Notes under the pieces: generated by a model
Database searches by the model: none
The model's input: the letters and a program-made list of their open reading frames with translations, nothing else
Told to the model about the DNA's origin: nothing
Source of the DNA: an uncultured Bacilli bacterium
GTDB taxonomy: Bacteria > Bacillota_I > Bacilli_A > RF39 > UBA660
Reading direction: 5' to 3'
Assembly (NCBI GenBank): GCA_947629445.1
Contig: CANRDU010000004.1
Span: 8,562 to 72,561 of the forward strand
Length of the DNA stretch: 64,000 bases
Part shown: one piece after another, positions 29,839 to 39,520 of the stretch
Numbering within the stretch: position 1 is the first letter of the stretch
How the letters are laid out: the number at the start of each line of letters is the position of its first letter
Made by a program: the position numbers and the translations under genes

Positions 29839-30810
29839 ATGAGCAAAAAAAAGAAGAAAAACAGTTTAAGGGAGGCCAGAACTATTAATGTTCAGTCTTT
29901 TTTGAGTAGGTTTTATGGTATTAAAAATGAAGGAATTGCAACGATGACCCATCAAAATGCTTCTTCTTTGTTTCCACAACTAAGAAGAACTAGCTTTGAG
30001 TTTGTTCAAAAAAATCCTGAATTAGTTTCAACAGGAAAAATTGTTTTGGTAGAAGATGCTACTCATTCTCAGGCACCATATTGGTTACCAGATTTAACAA
30101 TGGTAGATGATAGTATTCTAGGATGTGACGAAAGGGAATTAACCGTTAAAAAAATTGTAGAAACTTTTGAAAGGGCTATTAATGGTGGCTTTGAGACTTT
30201 ACTAATTGTGGAAGGAGACGAATCCTTAGATCCTTATTTATTCCAAGAAGTTACACTTCACGATGATTTTTTACAAGAGGAAACTTTTTCTTCTTTTGTA
30301 GAGACTGGTCAAAAACATGTTGGAATTGTCCTAGAAAACGATGCTACTGTTAAAAGTTATAGTGTTTTAAGTCATGGAGATAATTATGCGACTACGGTTG
30401 CACTTCCACCACTACAAAGACAGGCAACGGGTATCACGAGAAAAACAGATGCCATTAGTGTATTTTATGAAGGACAAGTATTGGGATTTGTAATAGATGG
30501 AGAGACTAGAATCATAGAAGATTTTTATGATTTACAAAAGGAACTAATGAGATTTATTCCTGATGCCTCACAAGATTTCATTGTGGAAACCAAACCAATG
30601 CCAGCGGAAGAGGTCCCTAAATTTGATGATTTTCATGAAATGACTACTTATGAACTGGAAAAATTAATGCATGTTTATCGATCTTCGGGACAAACAGCTC
30701 ATTATCATGCTGCGAAAAGAGAACTTACAAAAAGAACGAAAGCAAATAAACTATACAGAATTGAAAAAGAAAAAATAAAAATAAAAGAAATGTTGAAAGG
30801 AGAAGAATAA
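29839..30810 (+). CDS. Hypothetical 323-aa cytoplasmic protein, first gene of the T-box-controlled thrS operon
   Basis: The ATG at 29839 lies 6 nt after ggagg. Its stop overlaps the thrS ATG by 1 nt. No motif recognised. Confidence 0.65.
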   Translation: MSKKKKKNSLREARTINVQSFLSRFYGIKNEGIATMTHQNASSLFPQLRRTSFEFVQKNPELVSTGKIVLVEDATHSQAPYWLPDLTMVDDSILGCDERELTVKKIVETFERAINGGFETLLIVEGDESLDPYLFQEVTLHDDFLQEETFSSFVETGQKHVGIVLENDATVKSYSVLSHGDNYATTVALPPLQRQATGITRKTDAISVFYEGQVLGFVIDGETRIIEDFYDLQKELMRFIPDASQDFIVETKPMPAEEVPKFDDFHEMTTYELEKLMHVYRSSGQTAHYHAAKRELTKRTKANKLYRIEKEKIKIKEMLKGEE

Positions 30811-32564
30811 TGATTAATATAAAAGAAAATGAAAAGTTAAGCGTTTTAAATCATAGTTGTGCCCATTTATTAGCGCAAGCAGTTAAGCATTTATACCCAC
30901 AGGCGATGTTTTGGGTAGGACCTGTTATTGCAGAAGGCTTTTACTATGATATCGATTTAGGAGATAACGTTATCACAGATGAGGATTTGGAAAAAATTGA
31001 AAAGGAAATGAAAAAGATTTCCAAAGATGGTAAAAGAATTGTTCGTCATGAAATTTCCAAAGAGGAAGCTTTAGAACAGTTTAAAGATGATCCTTATAAA
31101 ATTGATTTAATTAGTCGTATGGATGAGAGTAGTACGGTTATTAGTTGCTATACGCAAGGGGATTTTACGGATTTATGTAGAGGACCCCATGTAGAGTCTG
31201 TGAAAGAATTAAAACATTTTAAATTATTAAAGGCAAGTGGTGCTTATTGGAAGGGCGATGCCAATAATAAGATGTTGCAAAGAATTTATGGTATTTGCTT
31301 TGAAACCGCCGAAGATTTGGAAGCTCATTTAAAGGAATTAGAAGAAGCAAAAATGCGAGATCATCGTAAACTTGGTAAGGAATTAGAATTATTTATGACG
31401 GATGACTTAGTGGGAAGAGGACTTCCGATGTTTCTTCCAAAGGGATATGTTGTATGGCAAGAATTAGAAAATTATATTCGTGAAAAAGAGAAGAAATTAG
31501 GATATTTACACGTCATGACTCCTTGTGTTGGAAATGTCGAACTTTACAAGACAAGTGGACATTGGGATCACTATAAAGAAAATATGTTTCCAGCGATGGA
31601 AGTAGAAGGAGAATCTTTTGTTTTAAGACCGATGAACTGTCCTCATCATATGATGATTTATGCTAATAAACTTCATTCCTATAAAGATTTACCAATTCGA
31701 ATAGGAGAGATTGCTCATGATTTCCGTTATGAAGCCAGCGGTGCTTTAAAAGGAATCGAAAGAGGAAGACACTTCTGTCAAAATGATGCTCATTTATTTG
31801 TAACGAAAGAACAGATTAAAGAAGAATTTAAAAATGTTGTTGATTTAATATTTGATGTTTATAAAGATTTTCATATTACAAATTATCGTTGTGTCTTATC
31901 TTTGAGAGATCCTGAAGATAAAACGAAATACCATCCAGATGATGAAATGTGGGATAGGGCCGAGAATGAACTTAGAGAAGTACTCAATGATTTAGGAATT
32001 GAATATACCGAAGAGATTGGCGAAGCTGCATTCTATGGACCAAAATTAGATGTAAATGTAAAACCAGCTGTTGGAAATGAATATACCTTATCTACTTGTC
32101 AATTAGATTTTTGCTTGCCGGCAAAATTTGACTTGAAATATATAGATTCAGATGGTACGAAAAAAACACCAGTAGTTTTACATAGGGCAATCCTTGGTTC
32201 TTTAGATCGTTTTATGGCTTATATTATTGAAGAGACAAAAGGAGCTTTCCCACTTTGGTTAGCCCCAGTACAAATAAACATTTTACCAGTTAATAACGAA
32301 TATCATCTAGAATATGCGAAAGAGGTAGAAGCTTGGTTAGAAGAAGCAAACATTCGGGTAGAATTAGATGATCGGGAAGAAAAAGTTGGTTATCGTATGA
32401 GAGAATCTGTTATGAAGAAAATCCCTTATACACTAATTCTAGGACAAAAGGAAGTAGATAATCGCCAAATTAGTTATCGAAAATACGGTAGTGAAGAAAC
32501 GATTACTCTCTCTAAAGAAGAGTTTATGAAAAAACTTGAGGACGAAATAAAATTAAAAAAATAA
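30810..32564 (+). CDS. thrS: Threonine--tRNA ligase lacking the N-terminal TGS domain
   Basis: Begins directly at the editing domain (HSCAHLLAQAV). Class II motifs RDHRKLG, FRYE and GFYGPKLD-like are present. 584 aa versus about 640 for Bacillus ThrS. Confidence 0.9.
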   Translation: MINIKENEKLSVLNHSCAHLLAQAVKHLYPQAMFWVGPVIAEGFYYDIDLGDNVITDEDLEKIEKEMKKISKDGKRIVRHEISKEEALEQFKDDPYKIDLISRMDESSTVISCYTQGDFTDLCRGPHVESVKELKHFKLLKASGAYWKGDANNKMLQRIYGICFETAEDLEAHLKELEEAKMRDHRKLGKELELFMTDDLVGRGLPMFLPKGYVVWQELENYIREKEKKLGYLHVMTPCVGNVELYKTSGHWDHYKENMFPAMEVEGESFVLRPMNCPHHMMIYANKLHSYKDLPIRIGEIAHDFRYEASGALKGIERGRHFCQNDAHLFVTKEQIKEEFKNVVDLIFDVYKDFHITNYRCVLSLRDPEDKTKYHPDDEMWDRAENELREVLNDLGIEYTEEIGEAAFYGPKLDVNVKPAVGNEYTLSTCQLDFCLPAKFDLKYIDSDGTKKTPVVLHRAILGSLDRFMAYIIEETKGAFPLWLAPVQINILPVNNEYHLEYAKEVEAWLEEANIRVELDDREEKVGYRMRESVMKKIPYTLILGQKEVDNRQISYRKYGSEETITLSKEEFMKKLEDEIKLKK

Positions 32565-32638
32565 AAGAGTTTTTGCTGAACTCTTTTTTGCATTTTTATG
32601 TATTCTATTGTATAATGTTTTAGAGGATGTGAAAAAAT

Positions 32639-33244
32639 ATGATTAATAAAAAAGAACCTATTAATATTGCATCACTACTAATTTCTTTAGTAGCACTTGT
32701 AATTGGTGTTATCTTTTGCTTTAATGATGGAGAAGCTATTTTCAAAGTAATTGGTTTTGTCGTTAGTGGTATTTTAATTTTATCGGGAGCAATTAAAGCA
32801 ATTGCTTATTTCCTTGGCAGAAAAAAAGGATCTACCACTTTTGGAGATTTGGTAGGGGGACTTATTTTTATTGTCTCTGGAATCTTGATTGCAATGTTCC
32901 CAAATTTTATTCCAACTACCATCAGTATTGTTTTAGGAATTCTCATTTTATTTAATGGTATTCAGCGTTTGATATTAGGTCTTGCGGTTCGTCAAATAGA
33001 TGCACAAGGCGCTAAAGTATTTTTGATAGAAGCTATTGTGATGATATTATTAGGTATCATTGTTATGACGAAATTGTTGTTGAACTTTATTGGTTTCTTC
33101 ATGATTGCTTATGCTATTTCTGGCATTATCGGTTATGTATACTATACTAGTCAAAATAAAGATTACTCTGAGGTATTAAATAAAACTGTGCCAAAAGATA
33201 TTAAAAAAAAAGAAGCTAAAGAGGGAGAATTTGAAGAGGAATAG
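32639..33244 (+). CDS. HdeD/DUF308-like membrane protein
   Basis: Six helices with repeated G(I/V)L.(I/L)..G motifs. Acidic/basic C-terminal tail. Confidence 0.5.
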   Translation: MINKKEPINIASLLISLVALVIGVIFCFNDGEAIFKVIGFVVSGILILSGAIKAIAYFLGRKKGSTTFGDLVGGLIFIVSGILIAMFPNFIPTTISIVLGILILFNGIQRLILGLAVRQIDAQGAKVFLIEAIVMILLGIIVMTKLLLNFIGFFMIAYAISGIIGYVYYTSQNKDYSEVLNKTVPKDIKKKEAKEGEFEEE

Positions 33245-33269
33245 ACTACTAGAATACTAGTAGTTTTTT
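33244..33269 (+). terminator. Rho-independent terminator
   Basis: actactag / ctagtagt stem followed by T6. Confidence 0.7.
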
Positions 33270-33323
33270 CTTGCTTTCTAGAAGATATTTGTGTTATAGT
33301 TATAACAAAAGAGGCTTGTATGT

Positions 33324-36212
33324 ATGAGTAAACAACCAATCGAAACATTAATAAAAAAATATGCTAAGGACTATCTTTTTTTGTTCTCGCAAGAAAAGCA
33401 GCAAGAGATGGTGCAAGAGGTGGAAGAAAAATTAGTGGATTCTCCCTCCGTAAAAAATGACCATCAAATGGAAAAAAATGTTGAAAGTCAAGTGGTACTA
33501 TGGATTAGTATGAATATCGCAAAGACTTTAGAAGACAATATTTCTCTTTTAGATTCTTACTTTCAAACGCAATGGCGAAAAGGCAGAAGAGATGTCCACA
33601 ATTTAATTTCTTTCGCTAAATTTTTTAGTCAAGTTTCTTTTAAACCTAGTATTGATTTTTATTTTCAACTGTTTGAACGTTATGAGGTATTGGAAAATGC
33701 ACTTCATCAAATAGTAGGAAATCAATCTAGTATTTCTTTTGATAGTTTGGAGCGTATTCCATCCTATGAAAAAATCTCAGAATTAATAGATGCTTACCTT
33801 TCTTTTAAAAATATCGAAATAGATTTTGAGGATAAGGGTAAAGAAAGTGATGAGGAAGATACCGGGAACTTTTTCCTTTCTACGGATTCTGTTCGTGATT
33901 ATTTATTAACTCTTAGTGGGAAACTCTTAACACCTACTGAGGAGAGGGACTATTTTCTAAGTTTAAAAAACGGTAACGAAACGATGGCTAACAAAATTGC
34001 CGAAGCCAATTTACGTTTGGTTGTTTCTATTGCTAAAAGGCGTCTAGGCAGAGGATTAGAGTTATTAGATTTGATTCAAGAGGGAAATTTAGGATTATTA
34101 AAAGCGATTGGTAGATTTGATGTAGAAAAGGGATATCGCTTTTCTACATATGCTACTTGGTGGATTCGTCAATCTATCGACCGGGCGATTGCTGATTTTG
34201 GTTCCACGATTCGAAAGCCTGTGCATATCGTCGAGTCAACCAATCGACTCTTACGGATTCAGCAAATATTGACGGATGAATTATTGCGCCCTCCTACCTT
34301 GGAAGAGTTGGCTAATCGTGCAGGTATGTCTACTTCTCGGGTCACTACATTACTAGGGTATCAACAGCAAACGGTTAGTATAAATGCCTCTATTAATGAT
34401 GATGAAGATACCGAATTAGAATCTTTTATTCCGGATATGAGAGATGATTATGATTCTATCATACAAGGAGAACTACGTAGTAAATTACTAGAAGCTATGG
34501 AAGTATGTGGATTGAGTCCTCGGGAAAGACAAATTTTAATTCTACGCTTTGGTTTAGATACGGGAAGTGGTAGAACATTACAGCAAGTAGGAAATATCTT
34601 TCATGTAACGAGAGAATATATTCGGCAAATAGAGGAAAGAGCACTTAAGAAGTTACGAAGTCCAAGAGGAAAAAGATTATTAAATGCTTTTCGTGATAAG
34701 CCAGATGAGTCTATTTCGTCCTCATTTGTTCCACTTAGAAGAGAAAGTTATGTAAATCAGGCTAGTGATTCTTATTTTTCAAAAAGAATAACCGATTATG
34801 TAACTGGTGATATAGATCGTATATGTGCCAAAGCACATAGCCTCCAATATGAATATCAAGAGATTTTAAAAAGAAGATTTGGAAGGGATTTTACCTTACC
34901 AAATCAAAGAGTTATGTCAGCAACGGATGAATTTCTTTTTCAAGAGGGAATTGTTCCAATGTTGAAAATGATGCTGAAAGAAGAAGATACAGAAGAAGAA
35001 TTAGCATTCATAGAAATGAGAAAGAAAGAAAAACGTCAACCACATTTAGAGGAAGAATATAGAAAAAGGGAACATGGTGTGACTAGGAAAGGAGTACCAG
35101 AGATAGAAAAGAAAGTAGAAGAAGAAAACGTATCGTTACAAAGTAAAGAGACAACAATGGAATCTCCAGTAGATAAAATAGAAACTCAAAAAGAAGAAGG
35201 TGCTAAAAAAGATATGAAGCAGGAAAGAAAAAGAGGAAAATTATTGATATCCTATTTTGAAGGTTATACGTTAGAGCAGGTGAGAAGTGCTTTATATGTG
35301 CTTAAAGAAAGCGAACTTCAAACGCTCTATAAAAAGTTTGGCGAAACATTAGAAGAATTGCACTTAGAAGGGATGGAAAACCGTGAAAATGTATGTATCA
35401 GTCAACGGGCAATTCCGAAAATAAGACGAGAATTAAAAAATATCTATCATAATCAAGGAGGTATGTCACAACCAAGCAATCCGGATGAAAAGAAATCTAG
35501 CATGCCATCTAGTCCTAAAAAAGAAGAAACTTCTAAAAAAAGAAGAAGTTTAAAGTCGATTTATATTTATTATAGTGAAGAGAAAGAAGAACATGTGGAT
35601 TATGGTATTTCTTTATTAAAATTAGATGAAAGATCTGTGTTGGATCATCTTTATGGGGAAGATTATCATCAACCACAAAAAGGTAAGATAACACCAGGAG
35701 AAAAAGCGAAACTTTATCGTGTAATATTACCTAAAATTGCGGCAGGGATTTCTGAAATAAAAGAAAAAGAGAAACTTGAAAATGTTTCTCATGAAAAAGT
35801 TACAACCACTTTGCCTGGCGTTCAGGAAGAATTTGTAAGAGAAGGTGAGATTCCACCAAGAGAAAGCACTTTTGTTCACGGGTTAACAAAAGTAGAGGAT
35901 TCTTTCTCTAAGAAAGATTATGAAATGTTGCGAGATTATCTAAGAAGACCAGAGTTTCAAGCGGCTCTTTTAGAATTGCCACTAGAGGAAAGTGTGATTA
36001 CGGCATTAACACTTTCCTTGATTGGAACAAAGCGAGTTTCTATCGCTACTTTAGCAGAACTTCTAGGAATAGAAAAAGACCAAGTAATGGAAGATGCTAA
36101 AAAAGGATTATTTCAGATAAAAAAATGTTTTGACTTTGAGATAGATAATCAAGGAGAACGATTTGTAAAGAAAATAGGAGGTATGCATTCTGATGGGAAA
36201 AAAGAAAAATAG
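33324..36212 (+). CDS. Sigma-70 family (SigA/RpoD-like regions 1.2-4.2) with a ~187-aa N-terminal and a ~515-aa C-terminal extension
   Basis: aa 188-447 align block by block with Bacillus SigA (EGNLGLLKAIGRFDVEKGYRFSTYATWWIRQSIDRAIAD...RFGLDTGSGRTLQQVGNIFHVTREYIRQIEERALKKLR). The ORF then continues for a further 515 aa. Confidence 0.85.
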   Translation: MSKQPIETLIKKYAKDYLFLFSQEKQQEMVQEVEEKLVDSPSVKNDHQMEKNVESQVVLWISMNIAKTLEDNISLLDSYFQTQWRKGRRDVHNLISFAKFFSQVSFKPSIDFYFQLFERYEVLENALHQIVGNQSSISFDSLERIPSYEKISELIDAYLSFKNIEIDFEDKGKESDEEDTGNFFLSTDSVRDYLLTLSGKLLTPTEERDYFLSLKNGNETMANKIAEANLRLVVSIAKRRLGRGLELLDLIQEGNLGLLKAIGRFDVEKGYRFSTYATWWIRQSIDRAIADFGSTIRKPVHIVESTNRLLRIQQILTDELLRPPTLEELANRAGMSTSRVTTLLGYQQQTVSINASINDDEDTELESFIPDMRDDYDSIIQGELRSKLLEAMEVCGLSPRERQILILRFGLDTGSGRTLQQVGNIFHVTREYIRQIEERALKKLRSPRGKRLLNAFRDKPDESISSSFVPLRRESYVNQASDSYFSKRITDYVTGDIDRICAKAHSLQYEYQEILKRRFGRDFTLPNQRVMSATDEFLFQEGIVPMLKMMLKEEDTEEELAFIEMRKKEKRQPHLEEEYRKREHGVTRKGVPEIEKKVEEENVSLQSKETTMESPVDKIETQKEEGAKKDMKQERKRGKLLISYFEGYTLEQVRSALYVLKESELQTLYKKFGETLEELHLEGMENRENVCISQRAIPKIRRELKNIYHNQGGMSQPSNPDEKKSSMPSSPKKEETSKKRRSLKSIYIYYSEEKEEHVDYGISLLKLDERSVLDHLYGEDYHQPQKGKITPGEKAKLYRVILPKIAAGISEIKEKEKLENVSHEKVTTTLPGVQEEFVREGEIPPRESTFVHGLTKVEDSFSKKDYEMLRDYLRRPEFQAALLELPLEESVITALTLSLIGTKRVSIATLAELLGIEKDQVMEDAKKGLFQIKKCFDFEIDNQGERFVKKIGGMHSDGKKEK

Positions 36213-37119
36213 AAAACGCGAACCAGAAGTAATCATTTATCCTATTGAGACAGAACTACAAAAATTTAAAATGAGATATGCTTCTTTTTTAACAAATATT
36301 TCGGATGATGAATTACGAAAGTGGTATCAAGAATCCATTGCCAATTACCAGAAAGAAAGTGGTATTAGTTGGGAGATTGATAGTGCTTATTATGTAGAGA
36401 CCAAAATGTTCTCTAGGATGAACTCTCTTATTTTAGAAGGAGATATTGATTTAGAAATTGAGGTTATTCAAAGATATTCCTCAATGGCAAAGTTAATTTT
36501 AAAACAATGCAATTATCAGGGAACAGAAGGAGCAAAAATTGTTGATTTAGCTATTACGGATGCTATTGAAAATTATGATGGTACTAGTAATTTTCGAACA
36601 CTACTAGTAAAAAGTGTGAAAGCAATGATTACGAAACTAGAGGAGAAAAAAACGGCTCCTGTCAAAAAAGTGGAACCACCTATACAGTCTCCTTTAAAAC
36701 CAGAAATTACTGCTTCAAAACCTAGAAAAAAAGTAGATATTCCTACCATAACTACTCCGTTGATGGAAGAATCAATCCCAAAGCGAAATCTAGAAACCAT
36801 TTTAATGCCATGTATTACGAAAGATAAAACATCTTCTCCTAGTCATAGAGAAGTATCTGAGTTAGACCTTTTGATTGCTTCTTTAGATATAGTTTCAAAA
36901 GCACCTTTGGACGATGAAAATTATGTTCGCTTTTTAGCGCTTAAATATGGCTATTTTCAAACCTTTTATTCTTTTGATGAAATTGCAAGTATTTTAAATA
37001 TGAATAGGGAAAGAGTTATCGCTTATTACAAACAATCCCTTACTTTTGTAAAAGATTGGTTTGGATATGCGTTAGAGAAATATTTTACTTATATATTAAC
37101 AAATGACGAAAACGAATGA
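36193..37119 (+). CDS. Hypothetical protein with a C-terminal sigma-region-4-like HTH
   Basis: Overlaps the sigma gene end by 20 nt (RBS aggagg at 36176-36181). C-terminus ENYVRFLALKYGYFQTFYSFDEIASILNMNRERVIAYYKQSL resembles sigma region 4. Confidence 0.55.
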   Translation: MGKKKNRKREPEVIIYPIETELQKFKMRYASFLTNISDDELRKWYQESIANYQKESGISWEIDSAYYVETKMFSRMNSLILEGDIDLEIEVIQRYSSMAKLILKQCNYQGTEGAKIVDLAITDAIENYDGTSNFRTLLVKSVKAMITKLEEKKTAPVKKVEPPIQSPLKPEITASKPRKKVDIPTITTPLMEESIPKRNLETILMPCITKDKTSSPSHREVSELDLLIASLDIVSKAPLDDENYVRFLALKYGYFQTFYSFDEIASILNMNRERVIAYYKQSLTFVKDWFGYALEKYFTYILTNDENE

Positions 37120-37120
37120 G

Positions 37121-39088
37121 TTATTCATTCGTTTTTATAGTGGGAATTAAATCTTCTAGATTCTCCTCTCGATAGGTAGGTTCTGTTCCTTTAAGATAAT
37201 AAAACATAGTTGCTTTATCATCATTTGGGGATGCAATTTCTCCGGTAATAGGATTTACTAAAGTTCCAACAATATTGTTGGGCATAGTATACCAAGCATC
37301 TTCTTTATCTTTTAGATAGTTTTCAGCAATATCTTTCCACATAAATCGTATTTCTTTACTAGTAGTAGAAGAATCATTAGGACCAGTATCATATCCACCC
37401 CAAATTCCAATCACAATATTGGGATTATATCCAAATATAAGACGATCATTGTCCGTTGTTCCCGTTTTAATGGCATATTTGTGAGTGAGATAAGAAGTAA
37501 TGTCGTAACAAGTTGGATAACTGTAGTCAATGAAATGATAGTTGTAAGTACTGGTTAATGCTTCATTTAAAATATAGACTAAACTACTATTCAAGGTAGG
37601 TTCCATTTTATCTTCATTTTCATAGAGAATATTTCCTTCCATATCTTCTACTTTGGAGATTAATTTTCCATTGACGCGGTATCCCATATTAGCGAATGTA
37701 GCATAAGCTTGCACCATTTCAAATAAAGAGATTTCCCCGCTACCAAGAGCAAGGGAAGGATTGGCTTGCAAGGATTCCGTAATTCCTAATCGATGAGCCA
37801 TTTCCACTAGGGTGTTTTCCCCTAAGAATAAATGTGTTTTTACTGCATAGATATTGTCACTATAGGCAAGAGCTGCGGCCATGGTAATATTTTTATTTCC
37901 GTATTGATTGTTGTAATTAGAAGGACTATAAGTTTTATTTTCCGAAAAGACAAAGGTTGTTTTTTCACTTGTAAAGGTAGTAGATTCCGTAAAACCATTT
38001 TCTAAAGCAGCATAGTAGAGGAAAGGTTTCATGGTAGAACCCACTTGCCTTTTTGCTTGAATAGCGCGGTTATATTGACTCACAGAATAATTTCTTCCAC
38101 CTGTAAGCGCTAGAACATGTCCATTATTAGGATCCATCATAATAGCGGCAACTTGTAAATCTGGATTGGTAATATTTTGTTCCATCGCTTCTTCTAAAAT
38201 GGTTTGAGCATTTAAATCTAGATAAGTATAGATTTTTAAACCACCTGTTTCTATAAACGTAGTAGGAACTTCTTCTATCTCTTTTAATTCTTGCATGACG
38301 GCATCTTGATAGTACATGAGTGTTTTTAAATTGTTTTGAGCGATAGAACCATAATAGGTAAGTTCCTCATGAGAAGCTTTTTCTTTCTCTTCTTCACTAA
38401 TCATTTCTTCTCGTACCATACTAGCTAGAACTGTATTTTGTCTTTGTTTTGCTTTTTCTTCATTAACGAGGGGAGAATAATTAGAAGGTGATTTTGGAAT
38501 TCCCACTAGGATAGATGCTTCTGCGAGTGTTAAGTCTTTCGCATTTTTATGAAAATAATAAAGACTAGCATTTTCAATACCATAAATTCCTCCATAGTTA
38601 ATGGTATTGAGGTATGCTTCTAAGATTTCATCTTTGGAGTACTGGGATTCTAATTGGATGGTTAGCCATGCTTCTTTTAATTTTCTTTCCCACGTCTTTT
38701 CGAACGATAAAAATAAGTTTTTGGATAATTGCTGACTAATGGTAGATGCTCCTTGTAAATTTGCTCCATGGGTTAGATTAATGTATAGAGATTTGATGAT
38801 ACGAAGATAATCAAAACCACTATGTTTATAAAAATTCTTGTCCTCGATAGCAATAGTTGCCTGGATGGCATAAGAAGAAATATCTTCTAAAGGAACCCAT
38901 TGATCACTTAAACCTTCCACTAAATTTCCATTTTTATCGTAGATATAAAATTCATTCGCACTTTTAATTACTAAATGACTCATGTATTTTGCGTAGGTAT
39001 ATAGTCCAAAATAACAAGTAGCGCAGATAATACTGATAAAAATGCTTAATTTGATTAATTTTTTTATGTATTTCATACCATCACTCAA
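37121..39088 (-). CDS. Class A penicillin-binding protein (glycosyltransferase + transpeptidase)
   Basis: GT51 motifs IAIEDKNFYKHSGFD and GASTISQQL. Transpeptidase motifs STMKP (SxxK), SDN and KTGTT. N-terminal membrane anchor. Confidence 0.9.
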   Translation of the reverse strand: MSDGMKYIKKLIKLSIFISIICATCYFGLYTYAKYMSHLVIKSANEFYIYDKNGNLVEGLSDQWVPLEDISSYAIQATIAIEDKNFYKHSGFDYLRIIKSLYINLTHGANLQGASTISQQLSKNLFLSFEKTWERKLKEAWLTIQLESQYSKDEILEAYLNTINYGGIYGIENASLYYFHKNAKDLTLAEASILVGIPKSPSNYSPLVNEEKAKQRQNTVLASMVREEMISEEEKEKASHEELTYYGSIAQNNLKTLMYYQDAVMQELKEIEEVPTTFIETGGLKIYTYLDLNAQTILEEAMEQNITNPDLQVAAIMMDPNNGHVLALTGGRNYSVSQYNRAIQAKRQVGSTMKPFLYYAALENGFTESTTFTSEKTTFVFSENKTYSPSNYNNQYGNKNITMAAALAYSDNIYAVKTHLFLGENTLVEMAHRLGITESLQANPSLALGSGEISLFEMVQAYATFANMGYRVNGKLISKVEDMEGNILYENEDKMEPTLNSSLVYILNEALTSTYNYHFIDYSYPTCYDITSYLTHKYAIKTGTTDNDRLIFGYNPNIVIGIWGGYDTGPNDSSTTSKEIRFMWKDIAENYLKDKEDAWYTMPNNIVGTLVNPITGEIASPNDDKATMFYYLKGTEPTYREENLEDLIPTIKTNE

Positions 39089-39173
39089 TTCTTTTTTTAG
39101 TATTCCTTAAAAAATAGAAAAATATGAGTGCAATTTAAGGTAAAGTATGCTATAATGTTTTGGAGTTGATGTT

Positions 39174-39512
39174 ATGGCGAAAAAAAAGATAAAAACGATG
39201 TTGAAAACAAAGGATTCCGAGATTGTTTGGGAAGGTTTTGCGATCGCTTTGAATCATCAATTTCAATATATTGAAAATAATCATAAAATGATAATTGACA
39301 TTACAGAAGATTGTGCTACAATGGAAAGAAAGAATGACGAATATACTATCTATTTTCACTTTCAAAAAGAAAATAGTTATGGAAAGATTGTATTGGAAGG
39401 AAAAGAATTACTGTTTGATGTGGTGTTAAAAACGTTTCAGTACACCAATCAAGAGTTTAAGATTATCTATGAGTTTAACGGTGTAGATTATGAATATACC
39501 TTATATTATTAG
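39174..39512 (+). CDS. DUF1934 (YwiB-like) small protein
   Basis: 112 aa and beta-rich. Lies immediately upstream of argS, as ywiB does in Bacilli (synteny argument). Confidence 0.5.
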   Translation: MAKKKIKTMLKTKDSEIVWEGFAIALNHQFQYIENNHKMIIDITEDCATMERKNDEYTIYFHFQKENSYGKIVLEGKELLFDVVLKTFQYTNQEFKIIYEFNGVDYEYTLYY

Positions 39513-39520
39513 GAGGTACT

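Noticed and set aside
39150-39365. 71-aa minus-strand ORF overlapping the DUF1934 gene.
   Set aside because: It is antisense to a gene with conserved synteny to argS. The region at its start is the divergent promoter region of the PBP gene.
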